The notes: generated from the sequence alone by a model not told the origin. A stretch of DNA of 43,548 nucleotides from a virus (IMGVR_UViG_3300034130_000030:1-43548), one strand, 5' to 3'; shown: positions 27,805-37,081, counted from the first letter of the stretch. Numbers and translations: made by a program.

Positions 27805-28680
27805 GTGAAGAATCCAATTCCCGCAGCTGCCATGCTGAAAATCAGTCGTGGCGTCCTGCAGACGCAGAAGGCATCACCCACAATCTTGTTCGGCGCGGGC
27901 GTCGTTGGGGTTGTGGCGTCCACCGTCCTGGCGTGCAAGGCGACGCTGAAGCTCGAGTCCGTTCTGAACGGCGCCGAGGACACGCTCAACGTGATCGCGG
28001 AGCTCGAGAACGAGAAGTACTCGGACAACGATCGTCGGCGCGACAAGGCCATCGTCCGTACCAAGACCGCGGTGAAGGTGCTCAAGCTGTACGGGCCCGC
28101 CATCACCGTCGGGACGATCGGCGTCACCTGCCTCGCCGGATCCCACAAGATCCTGACCACTCGGAACGCCGGCCTGATGGCTGCCTACGCGACCCTCGAG
28201 AAGGGTTTCGAGGAGTACCGTTCGCGGGTTCTCGGAGAGCTGGGCGAGGAGAAGGAGCGTGAGCTGCGCTACGGCCACGAGCTCCAGACCGTGAAGGACG
28301 AGTTCGGCGAGAAGGTCGTCAAGCGTGTCGCGGCCGGCGAGCCGTCGATCTACGCGCGATTCTTCGACGAGGTCTCTCCGTCCTGGAAGAAGACACCGGA
28401 GTACAACTTCCTGTTCGTGCGGTGCCAGCAGAACTGGGCCAACGACATGCTGAAGGCGCGGGGACACGTGTTCCTGAACGAGGTGTACGACAGCCTCGGG
28501 ATTTCTCGTACCAAGGCCGGCGCGGTCGTGGGCTGGGTGCTGCACCCGGACAACGACAACTTCATCGACTTCGGTGTGTTCGACGGCAACAACGAACGGG
28601 CCCGCGATTTCGTCAACGGCCGCGAAGGCTCGATCCTGCTCGATTTCAACGTCGACGGAGTCATCCTCGACCAGATTTGA
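27805..28680 (+). CDS. DUF6353-like protein, paralogue B
   Basis: TAAGGAG RBS with GTG 27805. SPTILFGAGVVGVV.STVLACKAT...AAYA...FEEYR...LNEVYD.LG...VGW...LDFNVDG. High GC3. Confidence 0.8.
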   Translation: MKNPIPAAAMLKISRGVLQTQKASPTILFGAGVVGVVASTVLACKATLKLESVLNGAEDTLNVIAELENEKYSDNDRRRDKAIVRTKTAVKVLKLYGPAITVGTIGVTCLAGSHKILTTRNAGLMAAYATLEKGFEEYRSRVLGELGEEKERELRYGHELQTVKDEFGEKVVKRVAAGEPSIYARFFDEVSPSWKKTPEYNFLFVRCQQNWANDMLKARGHVFLNEVYDSLGISRTKAGAVVGWVLHPDNDNFIDFGVFDGNNERARDFVNGREGSILLDFNVDGVILDQI

Positions 28681-28693
28681 AGGAACCGTGATC

Positions 28694-29425
28694 ATGAACA
28701 CAGAAGCCTTCAAGAACGTCGTGACGTCGAAGAAGGGCTTGGTCGTCCTTGCCTCAAGCATGTCGCTTGTAGGTGGAGCGGCCCTTGGCGCTGCGATCGC
28801 GATGAAGAAGCTCGAGGCGAAGTACGCTGAGATCTCTCGGATCGAGATCGAGCAGGCCAAGGAGTACTACAGCAAGCTTAACAAGATCGGCATTTTCTCC
28901 ACGCCGGAGGAAGCCGTTCAGGCTTTGATCCCTGAAACTGTGCATGAGGCCGCGAAGGCTTTGACGCAGTATCAGGGCATCGAGCCGGCGGTGGACCCGG
29001 ACATGGTCGAGGTGGCGACGAACGTCTTTGCCAAGCGCAAGGAGCGGGTCGAGTTCGACTACGCCACCGAGATGCAGAGACGCGATCCGAAGCGTCCGTA
29101 TCTCATCACCAAGGACGAGTTCTTCGAGAACGAGCCCGAGAACGAGCAGTCCACCATCACGTACTACGCCGGTGATGGTGTCCTCGCGGACGAACGGGAT
29201 CAGCAGGTTCCGGACACCGACATGCTCATCAACGACGAGAACCTCATGCGGTTCGGTGAGGGTTCGGACGACGAGAACATCGTCTATGTTCGAAACAACC
29301 AGCTCGGGGTCGACTACGAGATCTGCCACAGCGAGGGAAAGTTCTCGGTGGAGGTAGAGGGGTTCATCGAGCACGGCAATCGCAGTCGCCCGAAGCTCAG
29401 ACGCTTTCGGGAGTCTGATGACTGA
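28694..29425 (+). CDS. Membrane-anchored acidic hypothetical protein
   Basis: N-terminal Gly/Ala hydrophobic segment followed by KK. PYLIT.DEF...TYY..D.VLADE...VYVRN...DYEI. Confidence 0.7.
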   Translation: MNTEAFKNVVTSKKGLVVLASSMSLVGGAALGAAIAMKKLEAKYAEISRIEIEQAKEYYSKLNKIGIFSTPEEAVQALIPETVHEAAKALTQYQGIEPAVDPDMVEVATNVFAKRKERVEFDYATEMQRRDPKRPYLITKDEFFENEPENEQSTITYYAGDGVLADERDQQVPDTDMLINDENLMRFGEGSDDENIVYVRNNQLGVDYEICHSEGKFSVEVEGFIEHGNRSRPKLRRFRESDD

Positions 29426-29955
29426 TGGCGGAGCCACTAGATGAGCTATATCTCCAGTGGCTAAACGATCAGGTCAGTTCGAGACGAACCAAGAATCCAA
29501 AGTTCACCCACTGGAGGTTCTTAAGACAGCTCTACACAAAAGAGTTTGTCTGGCTGGTTCCGAACGATGACAACAGGGTCGAGGACGGGCGCGACCTGCG
29601 TAGCGAATTCATGGACCAAACAGATGTTGACTACGTACACGAGTGGATGTTGTTAGGCTGCTCGGTTCTGGAGATGATGGTCGGACTATCACGGAGGCTG
29701 GCCTTTGAAGCTGAGGGCCGGCCCCGTGATTGGTTCTGGATCATGGTCACTAATCTGGATCTGGGCAACGTGAGCGATGCGTCTGAGGACCACACACGGG
29801 AGATAGATCTAAAGCTCGACAAGTTGATCTGGAGAACCTACGAACCGAATGGACAAGGAGGACTATTCCCGCTAACTCATCCTGAGAAAGACCAGAGAGA
29901 CGTTGAGATTTGGTATCAACTCAACGCATATCTTCTGGAGCTAGAGCCCAGCTAG
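29425..29955 (+). CDS. Conserved hypothetical protein
   Basis: Coupled to the upstream gene. D.NR.EDG..LR, CSVLEMM, GGLFP and EIWYQ motifs. Confidence 0.7.
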   Translation: MAEPLDELYLQWLNDQVSSRRTKNPKFTHWRFLRQLYTKEFVWLVPNDDNRVEDGRDLRSEFMDQTDVDYVHEWMLLGCSVLEMMVGLSRRLAFEAEGRPRDWFWIMVTNLDLGNVSDASEDHTREIDLKLDKLIWRTYEPNGQGGLFPLTHPEKDQRDVEIWYQLNAYLLELEPS

Positions 29956-29971
29956 AACGAGAGGAGGTTGT

Positions 29972-32900
29972 ATGGATTTCTTTACTATACGTACGAAGGA
30001 GACGAAGGAAGGAATTGATGTATATCCTGACTTCATCGTCGGACGGTCAAACGATCTCATGGTCAGAGGCCGTTCGTTCTACGCTATCTGGGATGACGAC
30101 AGGGGTTTGTGGTCTACAGACGAGTACGATGTTCAACGTCTAGTGGACAACGAGCTCAATTCTTTCGTCAAGAAGGATGGCCCTACGTACAAGGTGAAGT
30201 ACCTTCAATCGTTCAATGGGCAGGGCTGGAGTCAGTTTCGTAGGTTCCTCCAGAACATCAGTGACAACAGTCATCAGCTAGATTCGTCATTGACCTTTGC
30301 AAACAGTGAAGTCAAGAAGACTGACTACGCAAGCAAGAGGCTTCCATATCCTCTCGCTCCTGGCGACTACAGCGCTTGGGACGAACTTGTAGGGACGCTC
30401 TACTCTGTCGATGAACGACGTAAGATTGAGTGGGCAATTGGGGCTGTCGTATCCGGTGACTCGAAAAAGATTCAGAAGTTCCTCGTGCTATACGGAGCTG
30501 CCGGTACTGGTAAGTCCACAATCCTGAACATCATCGAAGCAATGTTCGTTGGTTACACCACATCATTCGAAGCAAAAGCTCTTGGTAGTAACAACGGCAC
30601 GTTCGCAACCGAGGCGTTCAAGAACAACCCGCTCGTTGCAATCCAGCAGGATGGTGACTTGTCCAAGATCGAGGACAACACCAGATTGAACTCAGTGATC
30701 GCGCACGAACCGATGACCATGAATGAGAAATACAAGCCCAGCTATACCGATCATGTAAACGCGTTTCTCTTCATGGGTACGAACCAGCCAGTCAAGATCT
30801 CGGATGCAAAGTCAGGAATTATTCGCCGGCTCATTGATGTACATCCTACCGGGGTATTGATTCCTACAAACCACTACCACACGCTAATGGCTCAGATCCA
30901 GTTCGAGCTAGGAGCAATCGCCCACCACTGTCTCGAGGTCTACAGAGGTCTGGGCAAGAACTACTACAACGCATACCGTCCGCTCGAGATGATGTTCCAG
31001 ACAGACATATTCTTCAACTTCATCGAGGCAAACTACGACATCTTCAAGAGTCAAGACGGCGTGTCGCTCAAGCAAGCATACGCTCTGTACAAGGAATTCT
31101 GTGGTGAGACTGGAATTGATAAACCAATGCCACAGTACAGAGTACGGAACGAACTTCGAAATTACTTCGAAGAGTTCAAAGACAGAGTTGAGATGCCAGA
31201 CGGAACGATAGTTAGAAGCTATTACTCCGAGTTTAAAGCACAACCGTTCAAGGCTCCAGTGAACGACGACGTCCGGACTTTCTCATTGGTAATGGATGAA
31301 ACAGAATCACTTCTGGACGAAGAGTTCGCTGAACTGCCCGCTCAGTATGCGACAGAGCACGGAACACCCAAAGCAAGTTGGTCTAAAGTCAAGACCAAGC
31401 TGTCGGATATTGACACGAATGAAGTGCATTACGTCAAGGTGCCAGAGAACCACATCATCATCGACTTTGATTTGAGGGACGAAGATGGAGAAAAGTCACT
31501 CGAACGAAACCTCGAAGCCGCGTCCGTCTGGCCCGCAACCTACGCAGAACTCAGTAAATCCGGGCAAGGGGTCCATCTTCATTACAATTACCCCGGTGAC
31601 GCAACCGAACTTAACTCTCTCTATTCTGAGGGAATTGAGATCAAGGTGCTGCAGGGGAATGCTGCGCTGCGACGGAAACTGTCCAAATGCAACAATGTAC
31701 CGGTCGCGATCATAAACGGAGGCCTTCCACTAAAGGAGAAAAAAGTGCTCGGAGCCAACACCATCCAAAGTGAGAGGGGCCTTCGTGATCTGATCGGTAA
31801 GAATCTTCGTAAAGAGATTCACCCCGGTACGAAATCGTCGGTCGACTTCATCAAGAAGATTCTGGACGACGCATATCTGTCGGGGATGTCATACGACGTC
31901 TCGGACCTTCGTTCCAGGATCATCGCGTTCGCCAACAACTCGAGCAATCAGCCCTTGCAGGCACTGAAGACCGTGACTGAGATGAAGTTCAAGGGTTCGG
32001 AGATCATGGTTCCGGTGGACGCAACAGGGCCGGACGACCCCCTGGCGTTCTACGACATCGAGATCTACCCGAACCTCTTCGTGGTTTGCTGGAAATACGA
32101 GGATGATCCGACCGTCGTTCGAATGTTGAACCCGTCTGCCCAGGACGTCGAGAAGCTCATGAAGCTCAGGCTCGTCGGCTTCAACAACCGTCGGTACGAC
32201 AATCATATCCTGTACGCGGCTTACATGGGCTACGACAACAAGGGTCTGTATGAGCTGTCGCAGAAGATCATCGACGGCAAGGGTGGATACTTCGGTGAGG
32301 CGTACAACCTGTCTTATACCGACATCTACGACTTCAGTTCCAAGAAGCAGGGGCTGAAGAAGTTCGAGATCGAGTTGGGTATCCATCACATGGAGCTCGA
32401 CTTCCCGTGGGATCAGCCGGTCGACAAGAAAGACTGGACGAAGGTCGTCGAGTACTGCGTCAACGATGTTCTGGCAACCGAGGCCACGTTCAAGGCCCGA
32501 AAGCAGGACTTCGTGGCGCGTCAAATCCTTGCTGAGCTCAGTGGGCTGTCTGTGAACGATACTACGCAGCGTCACACAGCAAAGATCGTTTTCGGTAACG
32601 AAAAAACCCCGCAGGGGAAATTCGTGTATACCGATCTGAGCGAGCAATTTCCCGGGTACACATTCGACATGGGAAAGAGCCATTACAAGGGCGAACTCGT
32701 AGGAGAGGGAGGTTATGTCTACGCTGAACCGGGTATGTATAAGAATGTTGCCCTACTTGATGTTGCGAGTATGCATCCTACGAGCATTGAGGTCCTTAAC
32801 GCCTTCGGAACGGAGTTCACTAAAAACTTCGCTGACCTCAAGAGAGCCCGAATGGCGATTAAACATCGAGACTACAAACTCGCTCGGACTCTTCTGGGAG

Positions 32901-33697
32901 GTAAGCTCGAACCATTCCTGGACGATCCGGAGGTTTCTGACGGTCTTTCCTACGCTCTTAAGATCGTTATCAACATCGTCTACGGGCTTACCTCAGCCAA
33001 ATTTGACAATCCGTTTAGGGATCCACGAAATAAAGATAACATCGTGGCAAAGCGAGGCGCCCTCTTCATGATCGACCTCAAGGAATTCGTGCAGAAGCAG
33101 GGGTTCCAGGTCGTTCACATCAAGACGGATTCCATTAAGATTCCGAATGCGACAGATTTGATCGTCGAGCAGGTGATGGAGTTCGGAGAGAAGTACGGCT
33201 ACACGTTCGAGCACGAGGGTACGTACGACCGTTTCTGTCTTGTCAACGACGCGGTCTATATTGCCCTGAAGAACGGGAAGTGGGACGCGGTCGGTGCGCA
33301 ATTCCAGCACCCCTACGTCTACAAGACGCTGTTCACCGGTGAACCAATTGGCTTCGACGACCTGTGCGAGACAAAGCAGGTTACCAAGGGACTCATGTAC
33401 CTCGACTTCGACGGGGTACACAAGCCGATGTTCTCAGACAAGGGAATGCACTTCGTCGGCAGGACCGGACGATTCCTCCCAGTAACGGAGGCGTCTGGTG
33501 GAGGTATCCTCTACCGGGTTCAGGAAGGCAAGCAGTACGCAGTCACGGGCACGAAGGGATATTTGTGGATCGAGGCTGAGAATGCGAAACTGCTGGGTGA
33601 TGAGCTCGAGATCGACATGTCATATTTCGAGAACCTGGTGGACGAGGCACGCAAGACCATCAGTAAGTTCGGTGATGTGGAGGCGTTTGTAGCGTGA
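29972..33697 (+). CDS. Fused SF3 helicase / primase / 3'-5' exonuclease / family B DNA polymerase
   Basis: GAAGTGKS and FMGTN (SF3); IIDFD and SKSGQGVHLHY (AEP primase); YDIE, GFN..RYD and YCVND (Exo I-III); LDVASMHP, KIVINIVYG and KTDS (PolB motifs A-C). Confidence 0.9.
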   Translation: MDFFTIRTKETKEGIDVYPDFIVGRSNDLMVRGRSFYAIWDDDRGLWSTDEYDVQRLVDNELNSFVKKDGPTYKVKYLQSFNGQGWSQFRRFLQNISDNSHQLDSSLTFANSEVKKTDYASKRLPYPLAPGDYSAWDELVGTLYSVDERRKIEWAIGAVVSGDSKKIQKFLVLYGAAGTGKSTILNIIEAMFVGYTTSFEAKALGSNNGTFATEAFKNNPLVAIQQDGDLSKIEDNTRLNSVIAHEPMTMNEKYKPSYTDHVNAFLFMGTNQPVKISDAKSGIIRRLIDVHPTGVLIPTNHYHTLMAQIQFELGAIAHHCLEVYRGLGKNYYNAYRPLEMMFQTDIFFNFIEANYDIFKSQDGVSLKQAYALYKEFCGETGIDKPMPQYRVRNELRNYFEEFKDRVEMPDGTIVRSYYSEFKAQPFKAPVNDDVRTFSLVMDETESLLDEEFAELPAQYATEHGTPKASWSKVKTKLSDIDTNEVHYVKVPENHIIIDFDLRDEDGEKSLERNLEAASVWPATYAELSKSGQGVHLHYNYPGDATELNSLYSEGIEIKVLQGNAALRRKLSKCNNVPVAIINGGLPLKEKKVLGANTIQSERGLRDLIGKNLRKEIHPGTKSSVDFIKKILDDAYLSGMSYDVSDLRSRIIAFANNSSNQPLQALKTVTEMKFKGSEIMVPVDATGPDDPLAFYDIEIYPNLFVVCWKYEDDPTVVRMLNPSAQDVEKLMKLRLVGFNNRRYDNHILYAAYMGYDNKGLYELSQKIIDGKGGYFGEAYNLSYTDIYDFSSKKQGLKKFEIELGIHHMELDFPWDQPVDKKDWTKVVEYCVNDVLATEATFKARKQDFVARQILAELSGLSVNDTTQRHTAKIVFGNEKTPQGKFVYTDLSEQFPGYTFDMGKSHYKGELVGEGGYVYAEPGMYKNVALLDVASMHPTSIEVLNAFGTEFTKNFADLKRARMAIKHRDYKLARTLLGGKLEPFLDDPEVSDGLSYALKIVINIVYGLTSAKFDNPFRDPRNKDNIVAKRGALFMIDLKEFVQKQGFQVVHIKTDSIKIPNATDLIVEQVMEFGEKYGYTFEHEGTYDRFCLVNDAVYIALKNGKWDAVGAQFQHPYVYKTLFTGEPIGFDDLCETKQVTKGLMYLDFDGVHKPMFSDKGMHFVGRTGRFLPVTEASGGGILYRVQEGKQYAVTGTKGYLWIEAENAKLLGDELEIDMSYFENLVDEARKTISKFGDVEAFVA

Positions 33698-33951
33698 GCA
33701 TCTGGGTCACCAAGAACAACCATGACTGGGTCTCAGAAGCCACAGGGATCCCTGTGGACACGATCAATGCGTTGTACGCCGACGCAAGAGTGGAGAAGAA
33801 AATCCTCACGCTCAGGCCTCAGGAAGAAGAACCGGACGAGCAGCACTGCATCTGGTGCGGACAGAAAATCCTCGTGATGATATTCCGACTGTCCGGCTAT
33901 TGCAGTGAAATTCATCGGAAGATGCACGTAGCCTGGAAGGAGGCTAGATGA
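33694..33951 (+). CDS. Small protein with putative zinc finger
   Basis: CIWC-x13-CSEIH. Confidence 0.55.
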   Translation: MSIWVTKNNHDWVSEATGIPVDTINALYADARVEKKILTLRPQEEEPDEQHCIWCGQKILVMIFRLSGYCSEIHRKMHVAWKEAR

Positions 33952-34163
33952 AGGTTCGAGTGCTCTACAAGTCGGGTACCCATCGTCTTCCTCCTTTTGA
34001 GGAGACTGTGGAATGTAAGGCGGTTTGGAACGAAGCGAAGTGGTTGGTATTCGATCGAGACCACATGCTGATTCCTCGTCGGGCCATAGCGATGGACGAT
34101 ATCGCTGAATACGAAATACTACCGGAGGGACCACGTCCATGGTCTACAACGACAGCACCGTAG
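33948..34163 (+). CDS. Small hypothetical protein
   Basis: AAGGAGG RBS, 71 aa. Confidence 0.55.
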   Translation: MKVRVLYKSGTHRLPPFEETVECKAVWNEAKWLVFDRDHMLIPRRAIAMDDIAEYEILPEGPRPWSTTTAP

Positions 34164-34687
34164 TTCTGGAGGACATGCAAATCGTCTTCCGGAACTTCGC
34201 GGGCAAGGAAGACATGTACAACCGGGAGGGCGACCGCAACTTCGCCGTCCTCCTCGACCCGCCGTTGGCTGAGCAGATGGCCAAGGACGGTTGGAACGTG
34301 AAGCATCTCAAGGCCCGTGAGGAGGGCGACCAGCCGCAGGCATATCTGTCGATCGCGGTGTCCTACAAGATTCGTCCTCCTCGTGTGGTCCTGATCACGT
34401 CCAAGGGTCGGAACACTCTGTCCGAGGATCTCGTCATGGCCGCGGACTGGGTCGACATCGAATTCGTGGATCTCACGATCCGGCCATATTCCTGGTCGGT
34501 CAGTGGGAACAGCGGAATCAAGGCGTACCTGCAGTCGATCTTCATCAAGGTGCACGAGGACCCGCTGGAGATTAAGTACGCCCACCTGCAGGAAATCGGC
34601 ACGGGCGAGCTTCTCGCGATCGAGGCTGACGAGTACGTGGACGCCGAGATCATCAGCGAGGACGAGCCTCGAGCGATCGGACAGTAA
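34139..34687 (+). CDS. Putative single-stranded DNA-binding protein
   Basis: FRNFAG...NREGDRNF...IRPY.W...G.KAYL beta-rich OB-like pattern with acidic tail, close to the polymerase gene. Confidence 0.65.
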   Translation: MVYNDSTVVLEDMQIVFRNFAGKEDMYNREGDRNFAVLLDPPLAEQMAKDGWNVKHLKAREEGDQPQAYLSIAVSYKIRPPRVVLITSKGRNTLSEDLVMAADWVDIEFVDLTIRPYSWSVSGNSGIKAYLQSIFIKVHEDPLEIKYAHLQEIGTGELLAIEADEYVDAEIISEDEPRAIGQ

Positions 34688-34869
34688 TGTTCTTCGCCCT
34701 CGGAATTCTCACCGGCTGCGCCTGCATGCTCTTCGGAGTTCTTGTAGGCGCAGCCATCGCCCGCAACGACAAGGAGAGCACGGATGAGCACGATGTATCC
34801 GAAAGAGCCCCTCGACTCCAGCAAGGACCCGGTCACTGGGGAACCGAAGAGGGTCGAGATGTTCTCTGA
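34687..34869 (+). CDS. Small membrane protein
   Basis: TAATG coupling and an N-terminal TM segment, but an 86-bp overlap with the next ORF. Confidence 0.45.
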   Translation: MFFALGILTGCACMLFGVLVGAAIARNDKESTDEHDVSERAPRLQQGPGHWGTEEGRDVL

Positions 34870-35179
34870 GCAGCCCAACCCCTACGGCAAGATCAAGCAG
34901 CCGGTGAACTTCCAGCACCAGGCGAAGATCATCGTCCAGACGTACGTCAACGGCGTGATGGACAAGTCGGACGAGGTGCACTCGATCACGACCGATCAGA
35001 TCTACGTGGTCTGGTTCGCCAAGGCGCTGCAGAACTGGAAGGCCTTGGTCAGCACGAGTCTGTCCGACGGCATGTACTACGAGGTCACCTACAACGGTGA
35101 CGAGAGCGTCTTCTACCTGGACGCCTACAAGAAGTTCCACAACATGCGGATCCCGCTGGATATCTCCGGCGTCGTCTGA
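34784..35179 (+). CDS. DUF6275-like protein
   Basis: YVVWFAKALQNWKALVST...DGMYYEVTYNGD...YLDAYKK. Confidence 0.75.
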   Translation: MSTMYPKEPLDSSKDPVTGEPKRVEMFSEQPNPYGKIKQPVNFQHQAKIIVQTYVNGVMDKSDEVHSITTDQIYVVWFAKALQNWKALVSTSLSDGMYYEVTYNGDESVFYLDAYKKFHNMRIPLDISGVV

Positions 35180-35182
35180 ACC

Positions 35183-35425
35183 ATGTACCAAGAAATACCC
35201 AACAAAAACGGATTCATCACTCACAGAACGGAATTCAAGATGCCCAACAAGGTCACGTACTCGGACGACCGGACGCTGCCCAAGGTCTACAAGGCCCTGC
35301 ACGGCGAGAACGATCTGTCCTTCGAGCAGACCATCGGCGCGGTCGAGCGGATGCAGTCGGCCGGCATCCTGTTCGTCGAGCCCGTCCCGGCGGCCAACAA
35401 GAACGACGCCGTCGTCACCGAGTAG
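35183..35425 (+). CDS. Small hypothetical protein
   Basis: 80-aa ORF with high GC3. The true start may be downstream (MPNKV). Confidence 0.55.
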   Translation: MYQEIPNKNGFITHRTEFKMPNKVTYSDDRTLPKVYKALHGENDLSFEQTIGAVERMQSAGILFVEPVPAANKNDAVVTE

Positions 35426-35484
35426 TACCAGCTCTACCTCTCGCACCATCTCCCTCATCATAATCACAGAAACTAGGAGTCATC

Positions 35485-35988
35485 ATGCGTAAGATTTTCA
35501 ACCGTCACCCCGTCATCGCCACGATCCTGTCGATCATCTGCGGCTTCATCTTGTTCGGTGCGGTTCTGAACCAGAACGACAAGCACAACACCGCGGTTAC
35601 AATGGAGCGGGCGGCCGACGTCCCCTCGATCAGCTCGACCGAGACCCCGAAGCCGACGGTCACCAAGAAGAAAGTCCACTACACCAAGAGCCAGTCCGAG
35701 GCCATCGACGCGGCGAAGAACTACCTCTCGCTGATGCCGCTCAGCAAGAAGGGTCTGATCCGTCAGCTGAGCTCCAACGCCGGCGACGGATTCCCGAAGG
35801 CCGATGCGACGTTCGCCGTGAACCACATCAAGGTGGACTACAACAAGCAGGCATATCTGTCGGCTCAGAACTACCTCGAGCTGATGTCCTACAGCAAGGC
35901 CGGCCTGACCCGTCAGCTGACCTCCTCATACGGAGACGGTTTCACGGCAGCTCAGGCTGCTTACGCCGTCAAGAAGGTCGGACTGTAA
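35485..35988 (+). CDS. Ltp-family surface protein (superinfection-exclusion-like)
   Basis: N-terminal TM, then two A...A.NYL.LM..SK.GL.RQL.S..GDGF....A..AV repeats. Confidence 0.8.
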   Translation: MRKIFNRHPVIATILSIICGFILFGAVLNQNDKHNTAVTMERAADVPSISSTETPKPTVTKKKVHYTKSQSEAIDAAKNYLSLMPLSKKGLIRQLSSNAGDGFPKADATFAVNHIKVDYNKQAYLSAQNYLELMSYSKAGLTRQLTSSYGDGFTAAQAAYAVKKVGL

Positions 35989-36015
35989 CACTCCTCCCAT
36001 CGAAAGGCTCAACTC

Positions 36016-36597
36016 ATGAAGACCACCAAATTCAAGTACCGGCCTCAGTTCGTCGAGGCAGTCCAGGTCACCCGGGAGAACATGAACGAGGTGATGGTCT
36101 GGTGTGAGGGCGAGATCCGGGGCGGACCGACCAACCAGCATATCTGGGTGCACGTCTACCGGGCCCGGACCAAGCGGCAGCGGATGGCGTTCATCGGCGA
36201 TTGGGTCATCTTCACCGGTCGGGTCTGGAAGATCTACACCGCCGAGGCGTTCAAGGGCGTGTTCGAGGACGCTTCGCTGGATAGCCCGGAGCCGGGTCTG
36301 CAGATCCTGAGTTCGATGCAGGACATGACCCCCATGTACGAAGAGATCCGGGAAGCCATCAGCAGTGGCCAGATGCATCTCATCGCACCGGCGTTGCTGA
36401 CCGAGCCTGAGCGGATCCAGGGCGCCATTGCGGCGTTCAAGGCTGCTGGGATCAGTACGGACGGAGCGGCTTACGCCGATCAGAGAGCTCCGGAGCACCA
36501 CACCGACGTCTTCACCGAGACCGATGCGGCTGGCGAGAACCGCGTGGTCGTTCTGGACGACGGATTCCACAAGGCAGTGGTGTTCGACAAGGAGTGA
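36016..36597 (+). CDS. Hypothetical phage protein
   Basis: K.RP..VEAVQ...A.IGDWVI...F..VFE N-terminal domain common in phages. Confidence 0.65.
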   Translation: MKTTKFKYRPQFVEAVQVTRENMNEVMVWCEGEIRGGPTNQHIWVHVYRARTKRQRMAFIGDWVIFTGRVWKIYTAEAFKGVFEDASLDSPEPGLQILSSMQDMTPMYEEIREAISSGQMHLIAPALLTEPERIQGAIAAFKAAGISTDGAAYADQRAPEHHTDVFTETDAAGENRVVVLDDGFHKAVVFDKE

Positions 36598-36612
36598 GGG
36601 GAGGTGATTCAA

Positions 36613-36708
36613 ATGGTGAAGGCCCTCTTCGTCCTGTGCTACGCAATGGCACGGAACTCGGTCACGCGACCGTTCAAGGGTGCTGCGATGGATCACGGAT
36701 GTCTCTAG
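36613..36708 (+). CDS. 31-aa peptide (not in ORF track)
   Basis: GGAGGTGA RBS, MVKALFVLCYAMARNSVTRPFKGAAMDHGCL, overlapping the yidD-like start. Confidence 0.45.
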   Translation: MVKALFVLCYAMARNSVTRPFKGAAMDHGCL

Positions 36709-36956
36709 CATCCCTGGCCATCCGGTTCACTAAGTTCTACCAGAGGCATTGGCAACCAACCACCGGGTGCCTCTACGATCCAGTCTGTTCTGAGTACGCC
36801 ATCGCTTGCTTCGAAAAGTACGGGTTTCGCAACGGCGTGATCCTTGCTGCTGAAAGACTCAAGCGATGCAACCCACAAGGAAAGGCGGAATTCGATGCGG
36901 CTCTTGAAGAGTCTCGCGTTCCTGCTCTACGCCATGCTGGCGTCCAAGGGTCCTGA
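36699..36956 (+). CDS. yidD: YidD-like membrane protein insertion efficiency factor
   Basis: FYQR...GCLYDPVCSEYA..CFEKYG..NG..LA.ERL.RCNP, the three-Cys YidD signature. Confidence 0.7.
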   Translation: MSLASLAIRFTKFYQRHWQPTTGCLYDPVCSEYAIACFEKYGFRNGVILAAERLKRCNPQGKAEFDAALEESRVPALRHAGVQGS

Positions 36957-36985
36957 CGGCGGCTGTACTCCACAGCCCAGGATCT

Positions 36986-37048
36986 GACAACTGTGCGACG
37001 GCCCAGGTCTCTTCGGGGGCTTGGGTCGTCGCACTTGTCTTATATTTC
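36986..37048 (+). terminator. Strong cUUCGg hairpin, likely intrinsic terminator
   Basis: gtgcgacggcccaggtctc-ttcg-ggggcttgggtcgtcgcac followed by T-rich sequence. Confidence 0.75.
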
Positions 37049-37081
37049 TCGCGTAGGAAACATGGCGTATAATGAGACCCC
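37049..37081 (+). promoter_or_regulatory. Cassette promoter-like motif copy 7
   Basis: tcgcg-taggaaacatggcgta-taatgagacccc. Confidence 0.8.
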
